In this document: positions 25,638 through 36,258 of the stretch, piece by piece | How the letters are laid out: each line of letters begins with the position of its first letter | Numbering within the stretch: position 1 is the stretch's first letter | Virus record (IMG/VR): IMGVR_UViG_3300048839_000639 | Coordinates: 1-56,793 of that record | Strand: one strand, 5' to 3' | Source: a virus | Taxonomy: Duplodnaviria; Caudoviricetes | DNA: 56,793 nucleotides | The notes under the pieces: model-generated | The model's database searches: none | Seen by the model: only the letters and a program-made list of their open reading frames with translations | What the model was told of the DNA's origin: nothing | Translations under genes and position numbers: made by a program

Positions 25638-26282
25638 ATGGAAGGCCAGGAGCCAACCACACCGTCGGCACAGGATGCCGACCCCATCGGCGGCGCGCAG
25701 CCGGCAGCGACACCCCAGGCGGGTGCAACGGGCAATGACGCGGAAGCGAAATACCAACGTGAGTTGTCTGAGGCACGCAAAGAGGCGGCGAACTATCGCA
25801 AGACCCTGCGCGACACCGAGACGCGGCTGAAAGAGCTTGAAAACGCTCAACTGAGCGAGGCCGACAAGGCCAAGAAAGAGCTTGAAGAACTGCGCGGATA
25901 CAAGTCGAGCACGTCCGAGGCGGTGAAGGCCCTCAACCTTCAAATGTCGGTCGAGCGCATCGCGCGCAAGCTCGGCGTTGTGGACGAGGAAGCCGCGTTT
26001 GCCCTGATGGACAGGTCGAAGGTGACGTTTGGCGACGATGGCCGGCCCGACGGCGACACCGTGCAGGCGGCGCTTGAGTCGCTGCTGACGGCCAAGCCGT
26101 GGCTGAAACCCGCGGCGCCGGCAGCACCCGCAGCACCCGCTGCGCCAAGCCTTTCGCCGGCCAACCCCGGCAAGGCGCCGATTGGCGGGGCCTTGACGCA
26201 GGCGGACATCAGCAAGATGACGCAGGCCGAAATCAATGAGCGTTGGGCGGAAGTATCGGCAGCCCTGCAAGCAGGGCGTTAG
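25638..26282 (+). CDS. Capsid scaffolding protein
   Basis: RKEAANYR coiled coil, LSEADK and KPWL motifs; GGAGG SD; precedes the MCP. Confidence 0.88.
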   Translation: MEGQEPTTPSAQDADPIGGAQPAATPQAGATGNDAEAKYQRELSEARKEAANYRKTLRDTETRLKELENAQLSEADKAKKELEELRGYKSSTSEAVKALNLQMSVERIARKLGVVDEEAAFALMDRSKVTFGDDGRPDGDTVQAALESLLTAKPWLKPAAPAAPAAPAAPSLSPANPGKAPIGGALTQADISKMTQAEINERWAEVSAALQAGR

Positions 26283-26323
26283 CGCATCGGCACGAGCCGG
26301 CGCGCACAGAGGAATAGCAGGCA

Positions 26324-27196
26324 ATGGCACTCAACAACTTCATCCCCACGCTGTGGGGCGCGCGGCTCCTTGAGAATTTGAACAAGGCGCTGCGCTTCGC
26401 TCAGGCCGGCGTCGTGAATCGTGACTACGAAGGCACCATTCAGGCGCTCGGCGACTCGGTGAAGATCAACAGCATCGGGCGCGTGACGGTGGGCGATTAC
26501 GCCAAGAACACCAACATTGGCGATCCCGAAACCTTGAGCGATGGGCAGACCACGCTCACGATCACCCAGTCGAAGTATTTCAACTTCCAGATCGACGATG
26601 TGGATCGCGCGCAGCAGGCCCCGAAGGTCATGGACGCGGCCATGCGCGAATCGGCGTATGCGATCAACAACACCATCGACCAGTTTGTCGCCGGCTTCTA
26701 CACCGACGCGGCCACGACCAACCTGATCGGCACCGATGCCAGCCCCAAGACGGTGGGCCTCGGCGGCAGCGACGCGCAAGCCTACAACCTGATCGTGGAC
26801 GCCAAGACCGCGCTGGACGTGGCGAACGTGCCGGACGATGGGCAACGTTGGATCATCGTGCCGCCGTGGATCGAGGGCCTTCTGCTCAAGGACGAGCGCT
26901 TCGTGAAATTCGGCACGCCGGCGCAGGACGAGCGCCTGTTGAACGGCCAGATTCGCCAGGTGTCGGGCTTCAACGTCATGACCAGCAACAACGTCAACAA
27001 CACGGCGGACACCAAGCACAAGCTGATGTTTGGCCACCCGATGGCAATCTCGTTTGCGCTGCAAATCAACAACGTGGAAGCCTACCGCCCTGAGAAGCGG
27101 TTTGCCGATGCCGTGAAGGGCCTCACGCTCTACGGCGGCAAGGTCGTGCGACCGGACGCGCTCGGCGTCATCACCGCCAGCAAGGGCACCCTGTAA
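26324..27196 (+). CDS. Major capsid protein
   Basis: FIPTLW...NRDYEG.I...GDSVKI...FADAVKGL.LYG.KVVRP. Confidence 0.93.
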   Translation: MALNNFIPTLWGARLLENLNKALRFAQAGVVNRDYEGTIQALGDSVKINSIGRVTVGDYAKNTNIGDPETLSDGQTTLTITQSKYFNFQIDDVDRAQQAPKVMDAAMRESAYAINNTIDQFVAGFYTDAATTNLIGTDASPKTVGLGGSDAQAYNLIVDAKTALDVANVPDDGQRWIIVPPWIEGLLLKDERFVKFGTPAQDERLLNGQIRQVSGFNVMTSNNVNNTADTKHKLMFGHPMAISFALQINNVEAYRPEKRFADAVKGLTLYGGKVVRPDALGVITASKGTL

Positions 27197-27288
27197 GCCG
27201 GCACTGCCGGCGATGAGTGATTAAGACTTGATGGCCGCGCCGATGGTCGTGTTTCGACCGTCGGCGCGGCATTGGAGAACACAAACAC

Positions 27289-27660
27289 ATGCCACGCACC
27301 AACGTTCCTTTGCAGGCATTCGCCGCCAATGGTGAACTGACCGACCCGACGCCCGTCACGATTGACGCGACGAATCAGCACGTCATCCCCGCTGCGGGGC
27401 AGTCGCAGCGCATCGTCCTGCGCGTGAAAAACACCTTCGCCGGCAGCAAGGTGGTCACGGTCAAGGCCGGCGACAAAGAGCCGGCATTCCGCGCCGGCCT
27501 CGGCGACCTCGCCGTGACGCTCGCGCAGAACGCCGTCAAGTGGATCGGGCCGCTGGAATCGGCGCGCTTCATCCAGAACGACGGCACCATCGAAGTGGAT
27601 GTTGCCAGCGGCACGACCGGCGAAATCACCGCGTTCCAGTGGCCCGGTCTCGGCGCGTAA
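27289..27660 (+). CDS. Probable capsid decoration protein
   Basis: Beta-rich 123 aa after the MCP; IGPLESARF. Confidence 0.65.
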   Translation: MPRTNVPLQAFAANGELTDPTPVTIDATNQHVIPAAGQSQRIVLRVKNTFAGSKVVTVKAGDKEPAFRAGLGDLAVTLAQNAVKWIGPLESARFIQNDGTIEVDVASGTTGEITAFQWPGLGA

Positions 27661-27675
27661 AAGAGGTAAAAGCAC

Positions 27676-27888
27676 ATGCCTGACGGACTGGTCTGGATCC
27701 GCGTGTTTGCAACGGGTGCCGAGTGGGAAGTGCCGGCGGCGAAGGCCGCTGAATTGACCCGCTGGTATCCGAAGGACTACGCGGTTATTGCGCCGAGCGT
27801 GCCGCCCGACGCGCCGGCTGAGCATCCGGCAGACGCGCCGGCAAGCGAGCCGGCAAGCGAGCCGGCCAAGCCCAAAAAGGCGAAGTAA
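27676..27888 (+). CDS. Hypothetical head-associated protein
   Basis: SD; Pro/Ala-rich C-terminus. Confidence 0.65.
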   Translation: MPDGLVWIRVFATGAEWEVPAAKAAELTRWYPKDYAVIAPSVPPDAPAEHPADAPASEPASEPAKPKKAK

Positions 27889-28436
27889 TGGCACGCGAAA
27901 CGATGGCCGCCCTCATCGCCAAGTTGCGCCTGATGGTCAATGACCCGCTCGGCGCAACGCAGCGGTTTTCCGATGACCAGTTGCAGGACATCCTTGACGC
28001 AAACCGCGAGGACATCCGGCAAATGGCGCTTGAGCCGGCGGACACCATCGCCGCAAACGGCGCAACGACCTGGCTGGACTGGTTTTCACCCTTGGGCGGC
28101 GCGTGGGAGACCGGCGCAACCCTGCAAAACAGTTCATGGCAGTCGCTCACCGCCGACAGCGCAGAGCTGTTGATCGGTGTGTGGCATTTCAACGCGGCGC
28201 AAAGCCTGCCGATGTATGTCACGGGCCGGCTGTATGACCTGCACGCGGCGGCGGCGGATGTGATCGAGCTGAAGATGGCGCAGGCGGCTGAGGACTTCGA
28301 CTTTTCAGCCGACGGCGGCAGCTACTCGCTCAGCCAGAAGCTGCGCGGCCTGCAAACCATGCTCAACACCCATCGTTCAAAGGCGCGCGTCAGCACGGCT
28401 GTGTTGATGCGCGGCGACACGAGGCCGGAATGTTGA
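27888..28436 (+). CDS. Head-tail adaptor
   Basis: LRLMVND...FSDDQLQDIL...DLHAAAA...FSADG; synteny. Confidence 0.75.
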   Translation: MARETMAALIAKLRLMVNDPLGATQRFSDDQLQDILDANREDIRQMALEPADTIAANGATTWLDWFSPLGGAWETGATLQNSSWQSLTADSAELLIGVWHFNAAQSLPMYVTGRLYDLHAAAADVIELKMAQAAEDFDFSADGGSYSLSQKLRGLQTMLNTHRSKARVSTAVLMRGDTRPEC

Positions 28437-28819
28437 ACGCGCGCGACATGCAACAGATGCAGGCAGCGCAGGAAGCCAGCATGCCCGACGAATGCCAGTT
28501 GCTGCGGCGCACCGATGGCGCGGTGGATGCCTACGGGGTGCCGGCGCCGGCATATGCCGTGGCCGCGACTGTGAAGTGCGGCCTGTCTCATTCGCAGGTC
28601 AACAGCGAAGCGGGTGGACGCGAGCGGCGCGGCACACAAGTGCCGATTGAAATCCGGCGCTTGCGCCTGCCGGCAGACACGAGCGTGAGCAACATCGACC
28701 GTGTGAGCATCACGCGGCGGTTTGGCGCGTCCATCACGCCGGTGCTGTATGAAATCGTGGGTGACCCGCAGCGCGGCCCGTCCGGGCTGCTCGTGCAGAT
28801 TCAGAAGGTGACCGAATGA
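28430..28819 (+). CDS. Head closure/stopper protein
   Basis: Synteny; MPD.C...D.YG...LP....DRV...YEIV. Confidence 0.7.
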   Translation: MLNARDMQQMQAAQEASMPDECQLLRRTDGAVDAYGVPAPAYAVAATVKCGLSHSQVNSEAGGRERRGTQVPIEIRRLRLPADTSVSNIDRVSITRRFGASITPVLYEIVGDPQRGPSGLLVQIQKVTE

Positions 28820-29208
28820 GCGGCGATGTGAAATGGCATGGGCAGCGCGTCAGGGGCGAGGTGCAGGCCGCGACACGGGCGGCCATCGCAAAGCTGGCCT
28901 TTGACATTGAGGCCGGCGCAAAGGCGCAGATCACCGACAACCAGCAGATCGACACCGGATTCATGCGCAACTCCACCTACACCGTGACGAAGGATCACGG
29001 CGTGAGAGCCGGCGCCGGCGCCGGCGTTGCAGGGCGTGAGGCGGCCAGTCCGCAGCCGCTCGGTGACGCGGATGCGATTGTCGGCGTCGGCGCGGTGTAT
29101 GCCATTTACAACGAAGTCAAAAAGTCGTTCCTGCGCGTGGCCTTTGAGCGCGTCATCGGCGCGGCTGGCGGCACGTTCAAGCGCACATTCGGCGAGCGTG
29201 GATTCTGA
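28816..29208 (+). CDS. HK97 gp10-like tail completion protein
   Basis: IDTGFMRNS, YAIY.E and FLR.A motifs. Confidence 0.78.
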   Translation: MSGDVKWHGQRVRGEVQAATRAAIAKLAFDIEAGAKAQITDNQQIDTGFMRNSTYTVTKDHGVRAGAGAGVAGREAASPQPLGDADAIVGVGAVYAIYNEVKKSFLRVAFERVIGAAGGTFKRTFGERGF

Positions 29209-29220
29209 CAGGACTTATAG

Positions 29221-29604
29221 ATGGTGGACATGGAGGCAACCCTGCGCGCAAAACTGGCGGCCAACGGGCCGCTTGTGGCCGCCGTGGGCAGCCGCATCTA
29301 TGCAGCCGAGAAACTGCCGGCAGGCTACAAGCCAAGTGTCGGCGGCGCGGTGTTGTTCAAGGTGTCGGGCGGCAGCGCCGACTATGCCATCACGCTCAGG
29401 CCGACGGTTCAGGTGCGCAGCTACGGGCTGGACGAAGGGGCGGCGCGGCAGGTGGATCGCCTGGTGTTCGATGCGTTGCACGACCTGCAAAGCGGCAACG
29501 TGCTCAAGGTTCAAGTTGACATTCTCGGACAGCTTGTGGCTGACCCTGAAACAGATTGGCGGTATGTGCTGAGCTACTACACGGCGCAGATCGCAAACAT
29601 TTAG
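29221..29604 (+). CDS. Tail terminator protein
   Basis: LVAAVGSRIY...LP...VQV..YG; synteny. Confidence 0.75.
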   Translation: MVDMEATLRAKLAANGPLVAAVGSRIYAAEKLPAGYKPSVGGAVLFKVSGGSADYAITLRPTVQVRSYGLDEGAARQVDRLVFDALHDLQSGNVLKVQVDILGQLVADPETDWRYVLSYYTAQIANI

Positions 29605-29628
29605 GCAAACATTTAAGGAGAGTGAGAC

Positions 29629-30240
29629 ATGCCCGACATCAAGGCAACCGACATCCTGATCGGCCCGCTGAAAATTTACGTGGCGGCGCTCGGCACGACC
29701 CTGCCATCCGACACCCTCGCAGAAGATGCGGCGTGGCCGTCCGGCTGGACGCAGGTCGCGTTCACCAAAGAGCCGCTGACGCTGGCAAGCGAGTTTGAAT
29801 CGCTCGACATCGAAGTCGAGGAGGCCATGAGTCCGATTCACCGGCGCAAGATGAAAGAGTCCTGCACCTTTGAAACGGTTCTGGCCGAGTTCACCACGCA
29901 GAATCTGGCCTACGCGCTGGACGGCACGCACACGGCAACGACTGCGCCGACCACCACCACCGAAGGCGTGGAAACCTTCACGCTCGGCGGAAATCGTTTC
30001 CTCACGGAACGCATGTGGGGCTTTGAGGGCAAGTTCCACAACCGCGACGGCACGGTTGCGCTGCCGGTGCGCCTGTATATCTGGCGCGGTTCGGCTGAGT
30101 CTGGCGGCGAGCTTGAATTCTCAAAGTCCGATTACGCCGGCATCCCGCTCAAGATCATGGCCCTGGCCGACACGTCCAAGACAGTCGGGCAACACTTGTT
30201 CAAGATCGTGCGCGTGCTGCCTGAAACAGACATCGTTTAA
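29629..30240 (+). CDS. Major tail tube protein
   Basis: Synteny, 203 aa, strong SD. Confidence 0.82.
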   Translation: MPDIKATDILIGPLKIYVAALGTTLPSDTLAEDAAWPSGWTQVAFTKEPLTLASEFESLDIEVEEAMSPIHRRKMKESCTFETVLAEFTTQNLAYALDGTHTATTAPTTTTEGVETFTLGGNRFLTERMWGFEGKFHNRDGTVALPVRLYIWRGSAESGGELEFSKSDYAGIPLKIMALADTSKTVGQHLFKIVRVLPETDIV

Positions 30241-30291
30241 TCGAAGTGCCGGCGCTCACGGGCGCCGGCAACAACGAAGAAAACCACGAAC

Positions 30292-30690
30292 ATGAAAGAG
30301 ATTGTCATCACGATTGCCGGCAAAGACTACACCGTGCAGCCGCTCAAGTTCAAGGGAAGCCGCTCATGGCGCATGGCGCTGGCCGAGAAATTCGACGGCA
30401 TTGTGGACGCGCTGCAAGGCGTGGGCATGGTGGAAGTGAAGGACATGGCCGGCATCGGCAGAATCATCGACGAGCTGAAAGGCACGTTGATTGGTTCGCT
30501 GGATACCGTTCTGGATTTGGTCTGCGCGTATGTGCCGGCCATCAGCGAGGATCGAGCGAGGATCGAGGAGGAGGCATTCGATGAGGAAATCATCGATGCG
30601 TTCACCCGCATCCTCGGCCTTGCATTCCCTTTAGGGAAAATTCTCGGTGCGATGAATGGCCTAACGGCCAGCACGACATCGAGGAGCTAG
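30292..30690 (+). CDS. Tail assembly chaperone (gpG-like)
   Basis: Between tube and tape measure genes; slippery C CCT TTA at 30627-30633. Confidence 0.8.
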   Translation: MKEIVITIAGKDYTVQPLKFKGSRSWRMALAEKFDGIVDALQGVGMVEVKDMAGIGRIIDELKGTLIGSLDTVLDLVCAYVPAISEDRARIEEEAFDEEIIDAFTRILGLAFPLGKILGAMNGLTASTTSRS

Positions 30691-30965
30691 TTTTCGGCGT
30701 TTACGGTCGCGCTGCCGACGACCTTGACGATTTTGATCGGGCATTGCTCGCGCATTCGTATGCGCGGCGCAAGCAGTTTGAGGCTCGACTGATCGCGGTG
30801 GAGGTGGCAAAGATGCTCACCGGCGCGACGGGTTCAACCCCTCATCCTGCCGGCGCCGCAGCCGGCGCACCAGCCGTTCGCACGGTGACCCGCACCGGCA
30901 AGGCCATGGATCGCGTGCCGGCGCGCGCGCTGCTCGATCAACTGGGCGCACGACTCGACTTCTAG
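30627..30965 (+). CDS. -1 frameshift extension of the chaperone (gpGT-like)
   Basis: The -1 frame is open from the slippery site to TAG 30965 and has no SD of its own. Confidence 0.75.
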   Translation, partial: PFRENSRCDEWPNGQHDIEELVFGVYGRAADDLDDFDRALLAHSYARRKQFEARLIAVEVAKMLTGATGSTPHPAGAAAGAPAVRTVTRTGKAMDRVPARALLDQLGARLDF

Positions 30966-30977
30966 CTTTTTATAGAC

Positions 30978-33398
30978 ATGGGCATCACACTCGGCGACCT
31001 TTTTGTCCGCATTCGCGGCGACCAGTCCGGCCTTGATGGCGACCTCAACCAGGCCGAGAAGAAGACGCAAGCCTCTGCCGGGCGCATGGGCGGCTTCTTC
31101 ACCGGCGCGCTGCAACACGCCGTCGGCGGCGCGATCCTCGGCGGCGTGCAGGCCATCGGAGGCGCGATCACCGGCGCCGTGTCGCAGGCGTGGGACGCCA
31201 CCAAGTCGTATGAATCCATGAGCGCGGCGCTCAACACGCTGCTCACCAAAGAGATTCAAACGCAAAGCGTCCAGGTCAAGCGCATCGCCGTCGGCCAGAA
31301 AACCATTCAAGTCACCGAAGGCGGCGCGGCTGCCGACTTGAAGAAGGGCGAGAGTGAGGCCGACCTTGCGTTCAAGATTCAAAAGACCACCAACGCCATT
31401 CAGGTGCAGAACGAGCGGCTGCAAGAGGCCATTGCAAAAGGCAAGGAATCGGCGGCAGAGATTGAAGCGCGCCGGCTGCGCATTCAGGGCATGGAAAACC
31501 AGCTTGCCGCGTTGAATGGCCGGCAGGGACAGGCCGGCACCGCCGTGTCCAAGACCATCACGCTCTACAAAGAGGAAAAGACCGCGGCCATTGACATCAT
31601 GACGGCGCGCAAGATGGCGGCGGAGAAAACCAAAGAGCTGATGGAGTGGTCTCAGAAACTCGCCATTCAGTCGCCCTACTCACAAGACGATGTGATTAAG
31701 GCCATGAAGATGGGCATCGCGCTCGGCTACAACTCCGACCAGGCCAAGCGGCTCACCAACGCCAACATCAACTTTGCGGCGGCGACCGGCGCGACCGGCG
31801 ACGCCATGAGCCGGATCACGCTTGCGCTCGGCCAGATGCAGGCCAAAGGCAAGCTGGCCGGCGGCGAGATGCTGCAACTCACCGAAGCCGGCGTGCCGAT
31901 GCGTGAGATTCTGCTTGAGTCCGGCAAGATCGCCGGCCTGACGACTGAGAACTTCGCCAAGATGCAGGAGAAGGGCTTGATTCCTGCGAAAGAGGCATAC
32001 GAAGCGTATGTCGAATACATGGAAAAGCACTTTCCAACGGCGGCGAAGGATCAAGCCAACACGCTCGCCGGCCTGCAAAACTCGTTTGAGGACTTGCAGA
32101 AGGTTGTATTGCGCACGGCCTTTGAGCCGATGTTTCGGGCGCTACAACCGTATCTGGTGAAGTTTGCCGAGGTCTTGCAGAATCCCGCGCTGCTCGCCAC
32201 CGTGCAGGGCATCGGCGCGGCGCTGGGGCAGGGCTTCGGCGCGGCGCTGAGCACGCTGATGACCTTCTTTTCGGTCATCGGCAACAACATCGCCGCCGGA
32301 CGCAACCCGCTCGATGCGCTGCGGCTGGCCCTGCTCAATGTCGTGCCGCCTGAGTTTGTGCCACTGGTGAACACAGTCATCAACACGATCAAGACTGTCA
32401 TTGGAACGGTGACGGGCCTTGTGGCGCAGTTTCAAACCGCGTCCGCCGGCGGCGCAGGTGGCATCATGGACATGCTCGGCCTGTCGCCGGAAGTGCAGGC
32501 CACGCTTACGGGCATCGTTGCCAGCATTCAGGGCATTCTCAGCCAGCTCGTGGCCTACGTTCAAGCGAATCTGCCGGCGATGAAAGCCGTTGCAACGGAT
32601 GTATTCAACGGCATCGGGTGGCTGGTGCAGAACGTGCTCGGCCCGTGGCTGCAATTCCTTGTCACGAAGGTGGGCGAGGTCATCGGGTGGGTGAACACCA
32701 ACATGCCGATGATGCTGCAAACCTTCAGCACAATCGTAAACGCGATCATGACGCTCTTTTCGACGGCATGGCCGACGATTCAACGGGTTGCGCTTTCGGC
32801 GCTGCAATCCTTGCAGGCCGGCGTGACGTTCGTTATCACGCTCATTCAGGGCATCATCACGTTTGCCATGCAGGCGATCAATGGCGACTGGGAAGCGGCA
32901 TGGGAAACGCTCAAGACCACGGCAGACACACTGTGGCAGGAGATTTTGACCTTCATGCAGGGCTTTCCAAAGGCCATGCTGGACATTGGCAAGAAGATCA
33001 TTGACGGCCTGATCGAAGGCGTGAAGTCAAAGGCAGTGCAGTTCAAAGAGGCGCTCTTGAGCATTCTGCCGCCGGCGATTCGCGCGGTGCTCGCGCAGAT
33101 GGGCATCGCGTCGCCGTCGAAGGTCACCATGAAGATCGGCAACCAGCTTGTCGATGGCTTGATTGTGCCGTTTGAAAAGCGCATGGGCGACGTGCGCGAG
33201 GCCATGACCGGCCTGATTCAGCCGATGGCGCAGGCCCCTGCCGGCGTGCCGGCGCTGGCCGGCGCGGTTGCAGCCGGCGCGTCTGGCGCCGGCAACACCA
33301 GCATCAATATCAACATGGGCGGCGTGCAGATGGCAAACGAGATGGACGCCTACAGCGTCGCGTATCGCATTGCAAAGCGCGTAAAGGATGGCATTTGA
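30978..33398 (+). CDS. Tape measure protein
   Basis: LGDLFVRI.GD start, tape-measure domain (ALGQMQAKGKL...EMLQL.EAGVP), Trp-periodic helices, GIASPSK. Confidence 0.93.
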   Translation: MGITLGDLFVRIRGDQSGLDGDLNQAEKKTQASAGRMGGFFTGALQHAVGGAILGGVQAIGGAITGAVSQAWDATKSYESMSAALNTLLTKEIQTQSVQVKRIAVGQKTIQVTEGGAAADLKKGESEADLAFKIQKTTNAIQVQNERLQEAIAKGKESAAEIEARRLRIQGMENQLAALNGRQGQAGTAVSKTITLYKEEKTAAIDIMTARKMAAEKTKELMEWSQKLAIQSPYSQDDVIKAMKMGIALGYNSDQAKRLTNANINFAAATGATGDAMSRITLALGQMQAKGKLAGGEMLQLTEAGVPMREILLESGKIAGLTTENFAKMQEKGLIPAKEAYEAYVEYMEKHFPTAAKDQANTLAGLQNSFEDLQKVVLRTAFEPMFRALQPYLVKFAEVLQNPALLATVQGIGAALGQGFGAALSTLMTFFSVIGNNIAAGRNPLDALRLALLNVVPPEFVPLVNTVINTIKTVIGTVTGLVAQFQTASAGGAGGIMDMLGLSPEVQATLTGIVASIQGILSQLVAYVQANLPAMKAVATDVFNGIGWLVQNVLGPWLQFLVTKVGEVIGWVNTNMPMMLQTFSTIVNAIMTLFSTAWPTIQRVALSALQSLQAGVTFVITLIQGIITFAMQAINGDWEAAWETLKTTADTLWQEILTFMQGFPKAMLDIGKKIIDGLIEGVKSKAVQFKEALLSILPPAIRAVLAQMGIASPSKVTMKIGNQLVDGLIVPFEKRMGDVREAMTGLIQPMAQAPAGVPALAGAVAAGASGAGNTSININMGGVQMANEMDAYSVAYRIAKRVKDGI

Positions 33399-34723
33399 TG
33401 GCACAGGTTCAATTCACGACTGAGTTGCCGTTTGATGATCTGCTGTTTGACGGCCTGCACCGCAGCGCGTTCATGCTGGCGCCGCCTGACGGTGAGAATC
33501 CAGTCACTGAAAACATCGAAGTTGTGGCCGAGAATGGCGCGGCTGCGCTCGGCCAGATTGCAACCCTTGAGCGATGGTTTAACAGCGCGCGCGAGCGGTG
33601 GGCCGGCTCCTCAGACGGCAGACCGCGCAACAAGCACATCCCGCCTGTGTATGCGCGCATCGACCTGGCCGAAAGCGGCGACTGGCACAGGGCGGAAATC
33701 ATCGCTGGCCGCGTGGAAGTGAATGAGCCTATCAGCGCCTACACCTACCCCAAGCCGGTGCGTTACCTGATTCAGTTCACGCACACGGCGGGATGGGAAG
33801 GGGCCGAGGTGGACGTGACACTGACGCCTCAATCGGGCGGCAAAGGCACATCGCTCAACCTGAGCCTGTTTCAAAACTTCCACATTGAGCCTACGGACTT
33901 CGATGATGGCAACATGCCGGCGCGCGCGATCATCCGCCTGCAAAACTCAAACGCCAACCTGGTGCAGCACGCGACGGTGTGGCTCGGCATGTTCCGCTCA
34001 TTTCTCACCACCGACAAATGGAACGGCAAATACGAGGCCGAGGCCGGCACCGGCGGCAGTGTGGTCGGTGACGGCGGATCGTCCGGCGGTCAATATCGTT
34101 CGTTTACGTGGGGCGTGTCCACGCCCACGCTGGTGCAGACGTGGACGATACCGGCCAGCGCCTGCGCGTATGCCGCAGGCCGGCGCGTGCGCCCTGTGGT
34201 GCGGTGGGCGACGGTGCCGAACTACACCGACCTGAGCGTGCGTTTTGCCGTGCGCTTTGGCGGCACGGCAGAGCTTGCCACCACGCCGTGGCAGCGCGTC
34301 ACCCCGAACGCCGGCATGCACGAGGCGTTCTCTCTGCCCCTGCCGCCGCGCTACGTGGGCGGCACGCCGGTGGCGCATGAGATTGTCATGTATGGGCGCC
34401 GGACATCCGGCGCATCCACCACGCTCACGCCGGACGTGCTGTATCTCATGGCGGCTGAGCAATTCATTCGCTTCAAGCCGGCTGGCTACGGCCTGCCTGA
34501 GAACTGGGAACTGGTGTCGGATGGCGTTGCCGGCTACACGCATGTCTATGACGGTCTTTCAAGCAGCGGCATCTATGACCAGCAGGGCGATTACATCATG
34601 CTCACGCCAAACGCGATGCACTCGTTCAACCTGGCGCATGTCGCCAACGTGATCGGTGTGACGCCGGTCAACCGCACCACCACTGTGCGCGTCAGGGCGC
34701 GGCCAAGAAGGAGCACGCTGTGA
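33398..34723 (+). CDS. Distal tail (Dit-like) protein with CBM-like insertion
   Basis: Follows the TMP; YEAE...SGGQY CBM-type motif. Confidence 0.65.
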   Translation: MAQVQFTTELPFDDLLFDGLHRSAFMLAPPDGENPVTENIEVVAENGAAALGQIATLERWFNSARERWAGSSDGRPRNKHIPPVYARIDLAESGDWHRAEIIAGRVEVNEPISAYTYPKPVRYLIQFTHTAGWEGAEVDVTLTPQSGGKGTSLNLSLFQNFHIEPTDFDDGNMPARAIIRLQNSNANLVQHATVWLGMFRSFLTTDKWNGKYEAEAGTGGSVVGDGGSSGGQYRSFTWGVSTPTLVQTWTIPASACAYAAGRRVRPVVRWATVPNYTDLSVRFAVRFGGTAELATTPWQRVTPNAGMHEAFSLPLPPRYVGGTPVAHEIVMYGRRTSGASTTLTPDVLYLMAAEQFIRFKPAGYGLPENWELVSDGVAGYTHVYDGLSSSGIYDQQGDYIMLTPNAMHSFNLAHVANVIGVTPVNRTTTVRVRARPRRSTL

Positions 34724-36258
34724 GGATCGGAGCATCGTTCTTTACCCGCTCGTTTGCGAATCTTCAAGCGCCGCCGGCAGTCAAATTTCAGGTGGAGCAA
34801 TACTCCATGCACGTCCTCGGCGGGCCGAGTCAGGCGCGCATCGTCGCAACCGGCCGCCCTGACGACCTGTGGGACTGCATCAACCTGCTGCGGTGCGGTG
34901 TGGAGCTGCACGACGAGCGCGGCGACGTGGTTTGGTGGGGCTACGTGGATGAGGTGCGCGTCAACATGGACACGGCAGAGTGGGGCGTGAGCATCCAGCA
35001 GATGGCAAACTCCATTGCCTGCGCCTACACCACCCAAAGCGGCATCCTGAGCGCCGCCGGCGCGCGCCGGACGACTGCCTACGCACAGGACGCGCTCAGC
35101 ATTGCTGAGTATGGCGAGCGGCAGTTGATCGTCACAGCCAACAACACAGATGCGACCGGCGCGGCGGCCATCCGCGATCAGGCGCTTGCGGCCATCGGCT
35201 GGCCCATGCCGACATCAGACCTTGCCGAAGGGACGGGCAACAAGGCAGTGATCCTGTGCCGCGGCTGGTATGAAACAACCGAATGGAAGTATTACAGCAA
35301 CCCGCTCGGCGTTTACGGCCACATCGCCACCCCTGACGTTTACCAGACCATCGGCGATAACGTGGCTGAAATCGAAACCGTGTGGACAATGCCGGCAGGC
35401 TCAGACACGTTCGACACCATCGGCCTGTTTCTGCAAAGGTCGCTTTACGGATTCCCTGCAATCAACCTGAATGGCCGGATTCACAACGGGACGAACCAGG
35501 GCGCGCCCGTGCTTGCCACGTTCACCATCACGCCGGCGGACATTTCGGCCACCGGCAACGGCGAGGGCGGATACATCGAAAAGGCACTGTCGGCCACCAT
35601 TACCGGCAGCACGTCACCCTTGTGCATTGCGCTGATTCGCGCCGGCGGCGCAGACCTGACGAATCACTACCGGCTCGGCTGCACCGGCACCATTCACCCG
35701 TATTCATCGACGACATTTGGCGAACCCGGCAACTGGAACGCACTGCCCTACGATGTCATTTTCAAATTCACGCGGCAGGACAACATCGTGCCGCAGATTC
35801 AGGCCATGCTCACCTCTGCCGGCCAGTTTCTCACCGGCATCGACATCGAGGCCGCATCGACGATCAAGACGCGCCCGACACGCGCCGGAGATGCAACGGC
35901 ACGCGCGCAGATCGAGGAGCTGCTTGCCATGCACACCGGCGCATCGGGCCGGCTTGCAATCGAGGTCACGCGCGACCGCAGGGCGCGTTTGTATGGAGAG
36001 CCGGACGCCGGCACGCCCATCTATGTGGATCGGTTCATGAATCCCTTCGACAGCGCCGGCGCGCCCATTGAGCGGCATTACTGCCCGTATGGATATTGGG
36101 CCAGCTTGAAAGAGGTCTATCCCGCGGGCGTGGCAAACAACATGGATGGCTCAAGCGGCACGGTGGGCTTTGTCGAAGGCGCTGATTACAACGTGGCTCA
36201 AGGCCGCTGGACACCGCGCTTTCGCAGGAATCGAAACGCTTTTACAGGTGCACAATGA
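34720..36258 (+). CDS. Tail tip/baseplate hub protein
   Basis: Synteny; VWWGYV.EV and SIAEYG.R motifs. Confidence 0.68.
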   Translation: MRIGASFFTRSFANLQAPPAVKFQVEQYSMHVLGGPSQARIVATGRPDDLWDCINLLRCGVELHDERGDVVWWGYVDEVRVNMDTAEWGVSIQQMANSIACAYTTQSGILSAAGARRTTAYAQDALSIAEYGERQLIVTANNTDATGAAAIRDQALAAIGWPMPTSDLAEGTGNKAVILCRGWYETTEWKYYSNPLGVYGHIATPDVYQTIGDNVAEIETVWTMPAGSDTFDTIGLFLQRSLYGFPAINLNGRIHNGTNQGAPVLATFTITPADISATGNGEGGYIEKALSATITGSTSPLCIALIRAGGADLTNHYRLGCTGTIHPYSSTTFGEPGNWNALPYDVIFKFTRQDNIVPQIQAMLTSAGQFLTGIDIEAASTIKTRPTRAGDATARAQIEELLAMHTGASGRLAIEVTRDRRARLYGEPDAGTPIYVDRFMNPFDSAGAPIERHYCPYGYWASLKEVYPAGVANNMDGSSGTVGFVEGADYNVAQGRWTPRFRRNRNAFTGAQ

